A stretch of 64,000 nucleotides of DNA from a virus. Made by a program: the position numbers and the translations under genes. The notes under the pieces are model-generated. The model had not been told where the DNA came from. It did not search any database and saw only the letters and a program-made list of their open reading frames with translations. Each line of letters opens with the position of its first letter. Position 1 is the stretch's first letter. The stretch spans positions 1 to 64,000 of IMG/VR virus record IMGVR_UViG_3300044535_000472; one strand, written 5' to 3'. This document shows positions 7,834 to 16,043 of this stretch, one piece after another.

Positions 7834-8177
7834 TTATAAAATTTGAAAAGTTACCTGATGTTCCTAACCTCAGAGTAATAGATCCCACATGGCGTGGGGA
7901 TAGTGGTGAACTTGTAGTTCATCATGAACTTACTAATGGTATACTTAAGATGTGGGAAGAAGAAATAAAGGATGGTGACATACTAACCTTTGAAATATCT
8001 CCTATACCTATTAATGGTGAGTCTTATATGTTTACCAAAGAGGGTAGTCCTAAAAGCATTGGTGGTTGTATGTATACAAATCCTAAAATAGGATTGCATT
8101 ATGTATGCGAACTACTACTTATGTATGTAGGACCTGAATACCCAGAGCATTTTTATATTAAAAAACAAACAGCATGA
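7830..8177 (+). CDS. hypothetical protein
   Basis: ORF track, 115 aa; ATGA-coupled. Confidence 0.7.
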   Translation: MIIKFEKLPDVPNLRVIDPTWRGDSGELVVHHELTNGILKMWEEEIKDGDILTFEISPIPINGESYMFTKEGSPKSIGGCMYTNPKIGLHYVCELLLMYVGPEYPEHFYIKKQTA

Positions 8178-8416
8178 AGAAGTTAATTATGATTTTTATG
8201 CTAGCTATTGGATTAGTTAGCTGTAGCAAAGAAGAAGAAAATAAACCATGTAATTGTGGTACAATTCTCAATGATGGTATCAATGGCTCATGTTATTGGT
8301 TAGAGATTGAGAATGACTGTACCGGTAACAGAAAAACATTTTGCTTTGACCAAAGTGTTTGGATGAGCGCTTATGTAGGCAGTAACTTCTGTGTTACTAA
8401 CCAAGGTCAATGGTAA
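8174..8416 (+). CDS. Cys-rich lipoprotein
   Basis: MKKLIMIFMLAIGLVSC lipoprotein signal; further Cys residues in the mature part. Confidence 0.8.
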   Translation: MKKLIMIFMLAIGLVSCSKEEENKPCNCGTILNDGINGSCYWLEIENDCTGNRKTFCFDQSVWMSAYVGSNFCVTNQGQW

Positions 8417-8417
8417 T

Positions 8418-9509
8418 ATGAGTAGAGAAGAGATACAAAAGCAAGCGCTAGATACACTTATTTCTAATAAGAGATCTGGCATTGCTGTATCTATGGGAGT
8501 TGGTAAAACTCTTATTGGCCTACAGCATATTGCAACTAATTACTATGAAGAACTCAAAGTATTAGTTGTAGCACCTAAGAAGTCTATATTTAAGTCCTGG
8601 GTTGAAGAGGCTGATAAGTTTAATATGTCTTATTTGAAAGAGCATATTAAGTTTACCACTTATTTATCTTTAGGGAAACAAGATTTAGACTATGATGTCG
8701 TGTACTTGGACGAGTGCCATAACTTATTAGAATCACATGAGCCTTGGCTATCTCAGTACAAGGGTACTATTGTGGGTCTTACTGGTACACCTCCGCGAAT
8801 TGCAAAGTCCGAGAAAGGACAAATGGTGGCCAAGTATTGTCCTATTAAATACCGTTACATTACCGATGAGGCAGTGGAACATGGTATTCTAAATGATTAT
8901 GAAATTATTATACATTTATTAGATTTAGATAAAAGTTTAACTTATAAACAAAAAACTAAAAAAGGTTATTTTCCATCTTCAGAGTTAAAGAACTATAACT
9001 ACTGGACGGAGAAACTAATGAATGCTAATGGTTTCAAAGAAGAGCAAATACTTAGAGTAATGCGTATGAAATCTATGATGGGTTATCCTAGCAAAGAACG
9101 CTATGCTCTAAAGTTATTCAATAAGATAACTGATAAAGTGATTTTGTTTGCTAATACGCAAGAACAAGCAGATAGAATGTGTACCCATAGTTATCACAGT
9201 GCTAATAAAGCATCTGAAGAAAATCTTAAACTATTTAAGGATGGTGATATAACCAAATTGAGTTGTGTATTACAACTTAATGAAGGTGTAAATATACCAA
9301 ACCTTAAACAAGGTATTATCATGCATGCGTATGGTAATGAGCGCAAGTCAGCACAAAGACTTGGTAGATTGTTAAGATTAAACCCTAATGAAAAAGCAGT
9401 TGTTCACATATTATGTTATGATGATACTGTAGATACTACATGGGTGCAGAATGCTTTAGAGCAATATGATGATTCAAAAATTAAATGGATTAAAGCAAAT
9501 GAACAGTAA
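8418..9509 (+). CDS. superfamily 2 (DExH) helicase
   Basis: SMGVGKT Walker A, DECH, GLTGTP, NEGVNIP, QRLGRLLR; ATG at 8418 preferred over the track start 8391. Confidence 0.92.
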   Translation: MSREEIQKQALDTLISNKRSGIAVSMGVGKTLIGLQHIATNYYEELKVLVVAPKKSIFKSWVEEADKFNMSYLKEHIKFTTYLSLGKQDLDYDVVYLDECHNLLESHEPWLSQYKGTIVGLTGTPPRIAKSEKGQMVAKYCPIKYRYITDEAVEHGILNDYEIIIHLLDLDKSLTYKQKTKKGYFPSSELKNYNYWTEKLMNANGFKEEQILRVMRMKSMMGYPSKERYALKLFNKITDKVILFANTQEQADRMCTHSYHSANKASEENLKLFKDGDITKLSCVLQLNEGVNIPNLKQGIIMHAYGNERKSAQRLGRLLRLNPNEKAVVHILCYDDTVDTTWVQNALEQYDDSKIKWIKANEQ

Positions 9510-9741
9510 TTTACCCGCTGGTGCAGAACAAGATGTTAATGCACCTTGGAATCAAGTAAGTGATTTATGTAGGAATTGTGATCGTGATATCATTAGAGGT
9601 ATGGCTTATGAATCAGCACCTGATGAGTCCGATGTTGATGAACATTTTGAGGCAATGCTTGATGAAGCAGACATATGCCATGATTGTTTTAAAGAAGAAC
9701 AAGCAGATGATGACGATGACTGGTGTAACTGGCGAGACTAA
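9499..9741 (+). CDS. small acidic protein with two CxxC motifs
   Basis: MNSNLPAGAEQDVNAPWNQ; CRNC and CHDC. Confidence 0.65.
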   Translation: MNSNLPAGAEQDVNAPWNQVSDLCRNCDRDIIRGMAYESAPDESDVDEHFEAMLDEADICHDCFKEEQADDDDDWCNWRD

Positions 9742-10009
9742 GACTATTGAACTTGAGGATGTAAAGCTTGACCTGTCCTTTATGGAGGACAGCAAGCTCA
9801 TCCTGTTCAATGATGACCACAATAGCTTTGATAAAGTTATTATGGCTTTGATTGTATATTGTCAAATCTCTAGCGCTAAGGCTGCTGAGATTACTATGAA
9901 AGTTCACAATGATGGTAAAGCTGTAGCAAAGTATGGTCCTCGTAAAGACCTAGAAGTTATAGCTGGTATATTTGGTGAATTAGATTTAACATGTGAAGTA
10001 GAAGATTAA
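9707..10009 (+). CDS. clpS: ATP-dependent Clp protease adaptor ClpS
   Basis: LILFNDDHNSFDKVIMAL...AAEITMKVHNDGKAVA matches the ClpS core; start near 9707 inferred. Confidence 0.85.
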   Translation: MMTMTGVTGETKTIELEDVKLDLSFMEDSKLILFNDDHNSFDKVIMALIVYCQISSAKAAEITMKVHNDGKAVAKYGPRKDLEVIAGIFGELDLTCEVED

Positions 10010-10022
10010 TAAGAAGTAAAAA

Positions 10023-10448
10023 ATGAAAGTATATTTAGATGACGTAAGAACACCCTCTAATTTAGTTTTTGAAGAGTTAGGCAATTGGGTTGTAGTAAGA
10101 AACTATGACGAGTTTGTGGAAAAAGTAAGTGAGATTGGCTTAGATAACATTGATTTAATTTCATTGGATCATGATTTAGGCGACAGTGCAATGAAAGAGT
10201 GGTATAATAATGTTTCTAAAAATTTTACTTTAGATTATAATAACATTACTGAGAAAACTGGAATGGACTGTGTAAAATGGTTAGTAAATCAATGGCTTAA
10301 TGGTGCAGCTGTACCAAAAGTAATGGTGCACTCAGCAAATGCAATCGGTTCTGCTAATATGATGGGTTATATCAATAACTATAAACATATTTCTGGTTTA
10401 GAGCAAGACTGTTTAAGATGGGTTATACCCCATACTATTCAAGCGTAA
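10023..10448 (+). CDS. cyclic-phosphate-processing receiver domain protein
   Basis: VYLDDVRTP, ISLDHDLG, TGMDCVKWL, VHSANAIGSANM. Confidence 0.8.
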   Translation: MKVYLDDVRTPSNLVFEELGNWVVVRNYDEFVEKVSEIGLDNIDLISLDHDLGDSAMKEWYNNVSKNFTLDYNNITEKTGMDCVKWLVNQWLNGAAVPKVMVHSANAIGSANMMGYINNYKHISGLEQDCLRWVIPHTIQA

Positions 10449-10461
10449 TATTTATAGAATC

Positions 10462-10755
10462 ATGAAAAGTAAAAAACTAACTGATGATGACATCATCAAA
10501 GAGCTAATAGACATCATGTTTATAATAGCTGGTCATAATGTATCCTATGAGGACATTAAAGACCGTAAGGACAAATGGTATGAGCAATGGACCATGACTC
10601 CTGAGCAAGAAGAAAAGTGGATGGAACATATGGTAAAGTATTTCCGTAAACACAGAAGTATGACCATTAGGCATGCTCAAACTTCAGCATCTATGTTTAA
10701 CCTGATGTATGGCCTTAAGGTCAACCGTCCTGAACTAGAACAAGAGAATGAGTAA
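10462..10755 (+). CDS. hypothetical protein
   Basis: ORF track, 97 aa. Confidence 0.7.
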   Translation: MKSKKLTDDDIIKELIDIMFIIAGHNVSYEDIKDRKDKWYEQWTMTPEQEEKWMEHMVKYFRKHRSMTIRHAQTSASMFNLMYGLKVNRPELEQENE

Positions 10756-10957
10756 GTATATCCTATGGGCTATAGCCTTTTTATTATTGCTAGATTGTGC
10801 AGGTACAATAGCAATGTATATGATCTGGAAAGACAAGCCTCTTGAGAGAGAGGATTACCAAATGTTTAAAGCGGTAGCTATTCCTAAAGATACTGTATAT
10901 GTAGATCCTAGTACTATAGGTACAACTACAGATCCTACGGATGAGGAATTAAAATAA
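10748..10957 (+). CDS. small membrane protein
   Basis: N-terminal hydrophobic helix. Confidence 0.65.
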   Translation: MSKYILWAIAFLLLLDCAGTIAMYMIWKDKPLEREDYQMFKAVAIPKDTVYVDPSTIGTTTDPTDEELK

Positions 10958-10963
10958 ATGTAG

Positions 10964-10971
10964 TATATTTG
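10964..10971 (+). promoter_or_regulatory. Bacteroidota-type -7 promoter element
   Basis: TATATTTG matches TAnnTTTG; intergenic, upstream of groES. Confidence 0.55.
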
Positions 10972-10990
10972 TTAAACTAAAAAACCAATT

Positions 10991-11263
10991 ATGAAATTGC
11001 ACGGAAAAAGAATTCTCATTGAGAAGCCTATTAAACCTGAGTCTCAGGTATTGTTAACAGCAGAATCTGAAGCTGCTATGGAACAAGAATGGATGAAGAG
11101 CTGGACTAAGCTTAAGGTACATGCTACTGGATCTGATTGTACTAATGTACAACCAGGAGATTTGGTATATGTAGGAAACGCTTTAGCTAACTCTGAGATT
11201 ATTGACATTGATGGTAGCTTATACTTTCTTGTTAACGAGGCTGCGGTATGCATAACTTGGTAA
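10991..11263 (+). CDS. groES: co-chaperonin GroES (Cpn10)-like protein
   Basis: MKLHGKRILIEK...VHATGSDCTNVQPGDLVYVG...IIDIDGSLYFLVNEAAV. Confidence 0.8.
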   Translation: MKLHGKRILIEKPIKPESQVLLTAESEAAMEQEWMKSWTKLKVHATGSDCTNVQPGDLVYVGNALANSEIIDIDGSLYFLVNEAAVCITW

Positions 11264-11421
11264 ATACATTAAAGGAACTAACAGTGCAGATGGATAATCT
11301 GCGTAATAATAAAACTGTTCCTTATCTTAACCCATACAAGGGTATAGATGATTGTATTGATCTAGTTAACCGTAAAATACGTGAGCTTGAAAGAAAAAAG
11401 CCTAATCAAGAAAGTAACTAG
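11248..11421 (+). CDS. hypothetical protein (57 aa)
   Basis: Translated by hand: MHNLVNTLKELTVQMDNLRNNKTVPYLNPYKG...; fills the gap between groES and splB. Confidence 0.5.
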   Translation: MHNLVNTLKELTVQMDNLRNNKTVPYLNPYKGIDDCIDLVNRKIRELERKKPNQESN

Positions 11422-12268
11422 AAAACAATTAAAGATTACTGAATCTGGCCGAAGCACGGACTTTATAGCTCCAAGTTTCGGCCACGGTTGTCTTTATAAC
11501 TGTAGTTACTGTTATATGAAACGCCACCGTCCTACAGGAGTACAGGTGGCAGATAATGTAGATGATGTATTAAAAGCTATAACTGAGCATTACTCCGATA
11601 TAGTTTACTCGCCTTGGTATAATAAGAATAAGCCTAACCAAACTGATGATCATGATATAACTTATGATATAGGTAGCAATGAGGATCTTGCGTTACATGC
11701 TAAGTACTATGACATAGACCATATTTTTAAAACTGTATATGGTAGAACATATCTTAAATTTTCGTTTGCTACTAAGTATGTAAACTATGATTTACCTAAT
11801 GTTTTTCATGGTATTAGAATTAGATTTAGTCTTATGCCGCAGAAGTATTCGGATGTGCTAGAGCCAGAGACCAGTTCTATTATAGAAAGGATCCAGGCTA
11901 TAGATAGGTTTATAGATATGGGTTATGAAGTTCACATTAATTTTAGTCCTGTTGTAGTAACAGATACTTGGTTAGATGACTACCGAGATTTGTTTATGCT
12001 TGTAGATAAGCATGTTACAAATAAGGATAAAGTAAAGTGTGAAGTTATATTCCTTACTCATAATGAGAAGAAGCATGCGTATAATCTACTGAATAATATC
12101 TCCGGTGAGGATATGCTATGGACTCCTGAGATTCAGGAAGATAAGATATCTGGTAACGGTGAGAAGAATATTAGGTACAAGCATGTGCTAAAGAGAGAGT
12201 ATATTAATCAGTTTAAAGCACTGCATGATATACTGATACCTTGGTGTACAATACGTTATATTTTTTAG
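11381..12268 (+). CDS. splB: spore photoproduct lyase family radical SAM protein
   Basis: FIAPSFGHGCLYNCSYCY (CxxxCxxC), FATK, IRFSLMP, VHINFSPV, YIF C-terminus. Confidence 0.88.
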   Translation: MSLKEKSLIKKVTRKQLKITESGRSTDFIAPSFGHGCLYNCSYCYMKRHRPTGVQVADNVDDVLKAITEHYSDIVYSPWYNKNKPNQTDDHDITYDIGSNEDLALHAKYYDIDHIFKTVYGRTYLKFSFATKYVNYDLPNVFHGIRIRFSLMPQKYSDVLEPETSSIIERIQAIDRFIDMGYEVHINFSPVVVTDTWLDDYRDLFMLVDKHVTNKDKVKCEVIFLTHNEKKHAYNLLNNISGEDMLWTPEIQEDKISGNGEKNIRYKHVLKREYINQFKALHDILIPWCTIRYIF

Positions 12269-12269
12269 T

Positions 12270-12578
12270 ATGAAGACGCAATACAGAAACAGGTATGGTG
12301 ATGTGATCACCTTTGAAAAAAAAGACAATGTAATAGAGATGACAGGATTCAGTGAGCACTACCGTGTAGGTGGTTGGCCAGGTGAATCAGAGATGCCTAA
12401 CTATAAGTTCTCTATGATAGACCCTAGCGGTGGACCATATATTACTGCACAAGCGGAGTGGCATGGTGAAGACATGAGTGGTACAGATATGGGAGACTTT
12501 TTAGAAGAATGGAAAGGTCTTAAAATAGAATACATTACAGTAGAAGATGGGCTAGCTAAATTACATTTATGTCATTGA
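12270..12578 (+). CDS. hypothetical protein
   Basis: ORF track, 102 aa. Confidence 0.7.
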   Translation: MKTQYRNRYGDVITFEKKDNVIEMTGFSEHYRVGGWPGESEMPNYKFSMIDPSGGPYITAQAEWHGEDMSGTDMGDFLEEWKGLKIEYITVEDGLAKLHLCH

Positions 12579-12913
12579 CAAAAGAAGAAGAAGAAAGAAT
12601 CAAGATTGCTAATCTTGTAGTATGGCTGCAGATGTGTGTATTTGCAGCAGATGAGACCATGAATATTACATGGTTTAATAGGCACAAGACTAAGTATGCT
12701 TTAAATAACTTTAGTGATACCGTTGTTAAGGAACATGGTAGACTACTGAAAGCATTCTGGGATATGCCTGAACAAATAGATATGCCTAATGTATGTAATA
12801 GGCTATCTGAATTTGCTGAGCTGATAACCCATATGGATTATGCAGAGATGCAAGATGTAGTAGAATTAATTAAAAATTATTTAAAAGAAAAAAGAAATGG
12901 TAACACTAATTGA
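12569..12913 (+). CDS. hypothetical protein
   Basis: ORF track, 114 aa. Confidence 0.7.
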   Translation: MSLTKEEEERIKIANLVVWLQMCVFAADETMNITWFNRHKTKYALNNFSDTVVKEHGRLLKAFWDMPEQIDMPNVCNRLSEFAELITHMDYAEMQDVVELIKNYLKEKRNGNTN

Positions 12914-13184
12914 TGTTGTTGTATTAACAGGTGCTGGTTTAGTTGGCGGTATCTGCACAGGATTGCTTATTAGAAACAAGCAAATTAAAAGTCTTAAGGA
13001 TGAGGTTATTGCTGGTGATAGCTCATACGCTCGTTTATTAGAGATGTATATGGAGAAGTTATATGCTAATAGAAATACTATTTCTGTTAGAAAAGGACCT
13101 GGAAGACCTAAAGGAAGTAAAAATAAAGTTAAAAAAGATGGCAAACCAACTACCCGTAAGTATACGCGCAAAAGTAGTAAATAA
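12897..13184 (+). CDS. membrane-anchored protein with an AT-hook-like basic tail
   Basis: N-terminal TM helix (VVVLTGAGLVGGICTGLLI); RKGPGRPKGSKNK near the C-terminus. Confidence 0.7.
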   Translation: MVTLIDVVVLTGAGLVGGICTGLLIRNKQIKSLKDEVIAGDSSYARLLEMYMEKLYANRNTISVRKGPGRPKGSKNKVKKDGKPTTRKYTRKSSK

Positions 13185-13512
13185 GAATTTAGAGATAGAT
13201 CCACTAGGATCTGCTAAGCTTGGCTTATTTATTAAAGGATTGCAAGAAGGTGAAAGAGTTATTATCACCTATGAGGTTCAGACTGAAGATGCTAGCTATG
13301 CTCAAATAAGCAAAGTACATAAGCATATTCGTGAACTTGCTAACTATACTGGAGATTCATTTGAGGATATGAAATTACAAGTTAAGTTACGTGCAGGACT
13401 TTGCACTGACACTAACTGTAAGTCATTTTCGGAATGTGATAAAGAAGAATTATCTATGGCTATTCAGGCGTCGATTGAGATTGGGGAGCTTGTGGGTTTT
13501 TCTCTATATTAA
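13138..13512 (+). CDS. hypothetical protein
   Basis: ATG at 13138 (MANQLPVSIRAK...) within track ORF 13063-13512. Confidence 0.7.
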   Translation: MANQLPVSIRAKVVNKNLEIDPLGSAKLGLFIKGLQEGERVIITYEVQTEDASYAQISKVHKHIRELANYTGDSFEDMKLQVKLRAGLCTDTNCKSFSECDKEELSMAIQASIEIGELVGFSLY

Positions 13513-13807
13513 TACGTTCTCCAGTCTCAATATCAATTTCAATTTCTTCCATTAGACCTTGTTCTTCAGCAAGGTCTTCTAGGAAGATTTGGAATGCCAT
13601 GACGGTATATATATGATAGGCTAGCGGGGTTTCCTGCTTGCCTTCTTTTATATCCTCCATGATTTGCTTAAAGTGCTCTTTATCTTTGTATTCAAAGTGT
13701 TCACCGAGCATTTTATTAAATCTATAATAGAAAATACCGGGTATTTCAGCTTTGATAACTTTACTCTTATCAATGATTTTTACCTTTTGGGTTTTCTTTT
13801 CAGACAT
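13460..13807 (-). CDS. hypothetical protein, lone antisense gene
   Basis: ATG at 13807 (MSEKKTQKVK...); occupies a gap of about 320 nt with no + strand ORF. Confidence 0.65.
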   Translation of the reverse strand: MSEKKTQKVKIIDKSKVIKAEIPGIFYYRFNKMLGEHFEYKDKEHFKQIMEDIKEGKQETPLAYHIYTVMAFQIFLEDLAEEQGLMEEIEIDIETGERINIEKNPQAPQSQSTPE

Positions 13808-13831
13808 AACAATTTTATTTGTAACAAACTT

Positions 13832-14533
13832 ATGACTCAAGAAGTTAACATACAAGAAATTAGTCAAAAACTTTATGATAAGGTAAGAGACAAAGGATGG
13901 AATAAACTTCGCACTTTTTTATTATCATCTGATATGGATGATATCTTAGAAAAATTAGTGAAAGAAGTTGAGCAAGGTAAACGCTTTACTCCTCCTGTTA
14001 AAAGTCTATTTACTGCTTTGGAAAAATGTCCTATAGATAATGTTAGAGTAGTTATTATAGGACAAGATCCCTATCCACAATTAGGTGTTGCGGATGGTAT
14101 TGCGTTTAGTTGTGGCAATACAGGTAAGATTGAGAAATCATTACAGTATATGCATAGTTCAATTAAAGATACTGTTGATGCGGAATATGTAGGAAGTCCT
14201 GATTTGTCCCCTTGGGTGGAGCAGGGTGTACTTATGTTAAACTCAGCATTAACTACAACTATTGGCAAACCAGGTACGCACCAAGAATTATGGCAACCGT
14301 TTATGGCCTATCTCCTAGATATACTAACTCATTATAAAGATGATTTAGTTTATGTATTCTTAGGTAAGAAAGCACAAGAATTTGCTGATATGGTACCAGA
14401 TACTAATCATAAGATTATGGTATCGCATCCTGCTAGTGCTGCATATAGTGGAAGTAAGTGGGATTGTAACGACATGTGGAATAAAATAAACAATTACTTA
14501 AATGATAAAGGAGAAAAACCCATATCCTGGTAG
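13832..14533 (+). CDS. ung: uracil-DNA glycosylase, family 1
   Basis: VVIIGQDPYP, GIAFS, QGVLMLNSALT, VFLG, SHPAS; ATG at 13832. Confidence 0.95.
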   Translation: MTQEVNIQEISQKLYDKVRDKGWNKLRTFLLSSDMDDILEKLVKEVEQGKRFTPPVKSLFTALEKCPIDNVRVVIIGQDPYPQLGVADGIAFSCGNTGKIEKSLQYMHSSIKDTVDAEYVGSPDLSPWVEQGVLMLNSALTTTIGKPGTHQELWQPFMAYLLDILTHYKDDLVYVFLGKKAQEFADMVPDTNHKIMVSHPASAAYSGSKWDCNDMWNKINNYLNDKGEKPISW

Positions 14534-14807
14534 AATTAAAGTTAGAATGATATTAGATCCTGCATTTGGTGAGGTGTCATTTGAAATAGAAGACAGTGTT
14601 ATTAAAAATAAATGTCTATATGATGCATTATCTGAATACGGTATAGAACTCGAAAGAGCTAAATACATTGTAGAGGATATAGCTAAGTCAACAAACACGG
14701 CTAAGTATTATCATATGGAACCAATAGATTACGTAAAATATGGCAGAAAAAGACGTCGTGAAGCTGAGGAGCAACATCAGGCAAGATTTGGCCCAGCTAA
14801 ACTATGA
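14502..14807 (+). CDS. hypothetical protein
   Basis: ORF track, 101 aa. Confidence 0.55.
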   Translation: MIKEKNPYPGRIKVRMILDPAFGEVSFEIEDSVIKNKCLYDALSEYGIELERAKYIVEDIAKSTNTAKYYHMEPIDYVKYGRKRRREAEEQHQARFGPAKL

Positions 14808-15261
14808 CCTAAACATGGTCATTAGTAAATTCTTTACAAGTATCCAGAAAGATTTGAATGCCTATGATAAATACATAGGTGATACACATGCTATTATACC
14901 TGGCATAGATAATTTTAAAATTATAGTTGATTTAGCTGAAGAGCTTTATCCTGATGATAAACCTTTTACCAAGAACATGAAACATCGTAAGCAACAAGTT
15001 ACTATTATTAGACAATGTTGTTACTTGATAGGTAATGAACTTGGTTTAAGTTATTCTCATATGGTAAGAGTTCTTAATGATATGCACGGCGAGAAAGTTA
15101 CGCATCATGCTACTATGCTACATGGCGCTAAGAAAACTCGTATTGCATTGGAAATCAAGGACAAAAGTGTATTACCTATATGGAGTAACCTAATGGCTAA
15201 GATGCAAGAAAGAAATTATTCAAAATCATTCGTATCTTTAGAGTCTATAGACAAGCTATGA
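14740..15261 (+). CDS. protein with a DnaA C-terminal (domain IV)-like helix-turn-helix
   Basis: RQCCYLIGNELGLSYSHMVRVL...HHATMLHGAKK resembles DnaA RQIAMYL..SL..IG..DHTTVLHA. Confidence 0.6.
   Translation: MAEKDVVKLRSNIRQDLAQLNYDLNMVISKFFTSIQKDLNAYDKYIGDTHAIIPGIDNFKIIVDLAEELYPDDKPFTKNMKHRKQQVTIIRQCCYLIGNELGLSYSHMVRVLNDMHGEKVTHHATMLHGAKKTRIALEIKDKSVLPIWSNLMAKMQERNYSKSFVSLESIDKL
15223..15241 (+). promoter_or_regulatory. Bacteroidota-type promoter variant
   Basis: AAAATCATTCGTATCTTTAG, one mismatch to TAnnTTTG; just upstream of the initiator/helicase block. Confidence 0.5.
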
Positions 15262-15818
15262 AAGAACTATTTGACTTCTTAATAACTAAGGGTTTGTCGC
15301 CTAATAGTTATTATTTATTGTGGTCCATTTATAATGGTACAGCACCTCAAAATATCAAAGTGCCTTTGGAAATGAGAACTGTTACTCAACAAGGGTATAT
15401 TGATGAAGAGGGTAAACTAACTTCTAAAGGTTTAGAAATTGTAAGATTTAACTCTAAAGTTGTAAGTGCTTTACCAGATGATGCATTAGATAATATTGAT
15501 AAGTATATTTCTATATTTCCTAAAGGTAAACTACCTAGCGGTAAAGCTGCTAGAGTAAACAAAAAGAATATAGAAGATGCTTATAAATGGTTCTTTAAAA
15601 ATTATACGTATGATTGGGATACTATCTTACGTGCTACATTTTATTATGTAGAGACGTATGAAAAGACTAATTATATGTATATGAAAAATTCACAGTACTT
15701 CATACGCAAGCAAAATACAGATAAGTCCTGGGATTCTGAGCTTGCAAACTACTGTGATATAATTATTAATGGAGATGATGAGCCAGAAACTCCTCATTTC
15801 AGTGATAACGTAGTATGA
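15258..15818 (+). CDS. putative replication initiator or helicase loader
   Basis: Lies just upstream of DnaB; FPKGKLPSGK and YMKNSQYFI motifs; function inferred from position. Confidence 0.5.
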   Translation: MKELFDFLITKGLSPNSYYLLWSIYNGTAPQNIKVPLEMRTVTQQGYIDEEGKLTSKGLEIVRFNSKVVSALPDDALDNIDKYISIFPKGKLPSGKAARVNKKNIEDAYKWFFKNYTYDWDTILRATFYYVETYEKTNYMYMKNSQYFIRKQNTDKSWDSELANYCDIIINGDDEPETPHFSDNVV

Positions 15819-16018
15819 ATAGATCACGCCTTATGAAAAAAAGATCACTAAATATAATTGTTAGTATCTTTTTCTCAGTACTTAGTTGGTTTATAACCAA
15901 CGCATTAATTATAGAAATAGCACTTTGGCAGTACTTCCTCATAGAGATGCTCTTGCTTTTTCTAAGTTATTTTTATACATTCGTAGTAGAAAGATTACAT
16001 ATACCTCGTGCCGAATAG
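15815..16018 (+). CDS. small two-TM membrane protein
   Basis: Two hydrophobic segments. Confidence 0.6.
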   Translation: MNRSRLMKKRSLNIIVSIFFSVLSWFITNALIIEIALWQYFLIEMLLLFLSYFYTFVVERLHIPRAE

Positions 16019-16043
16019 GTACGGGGTTTTTTATCCTCAATAA

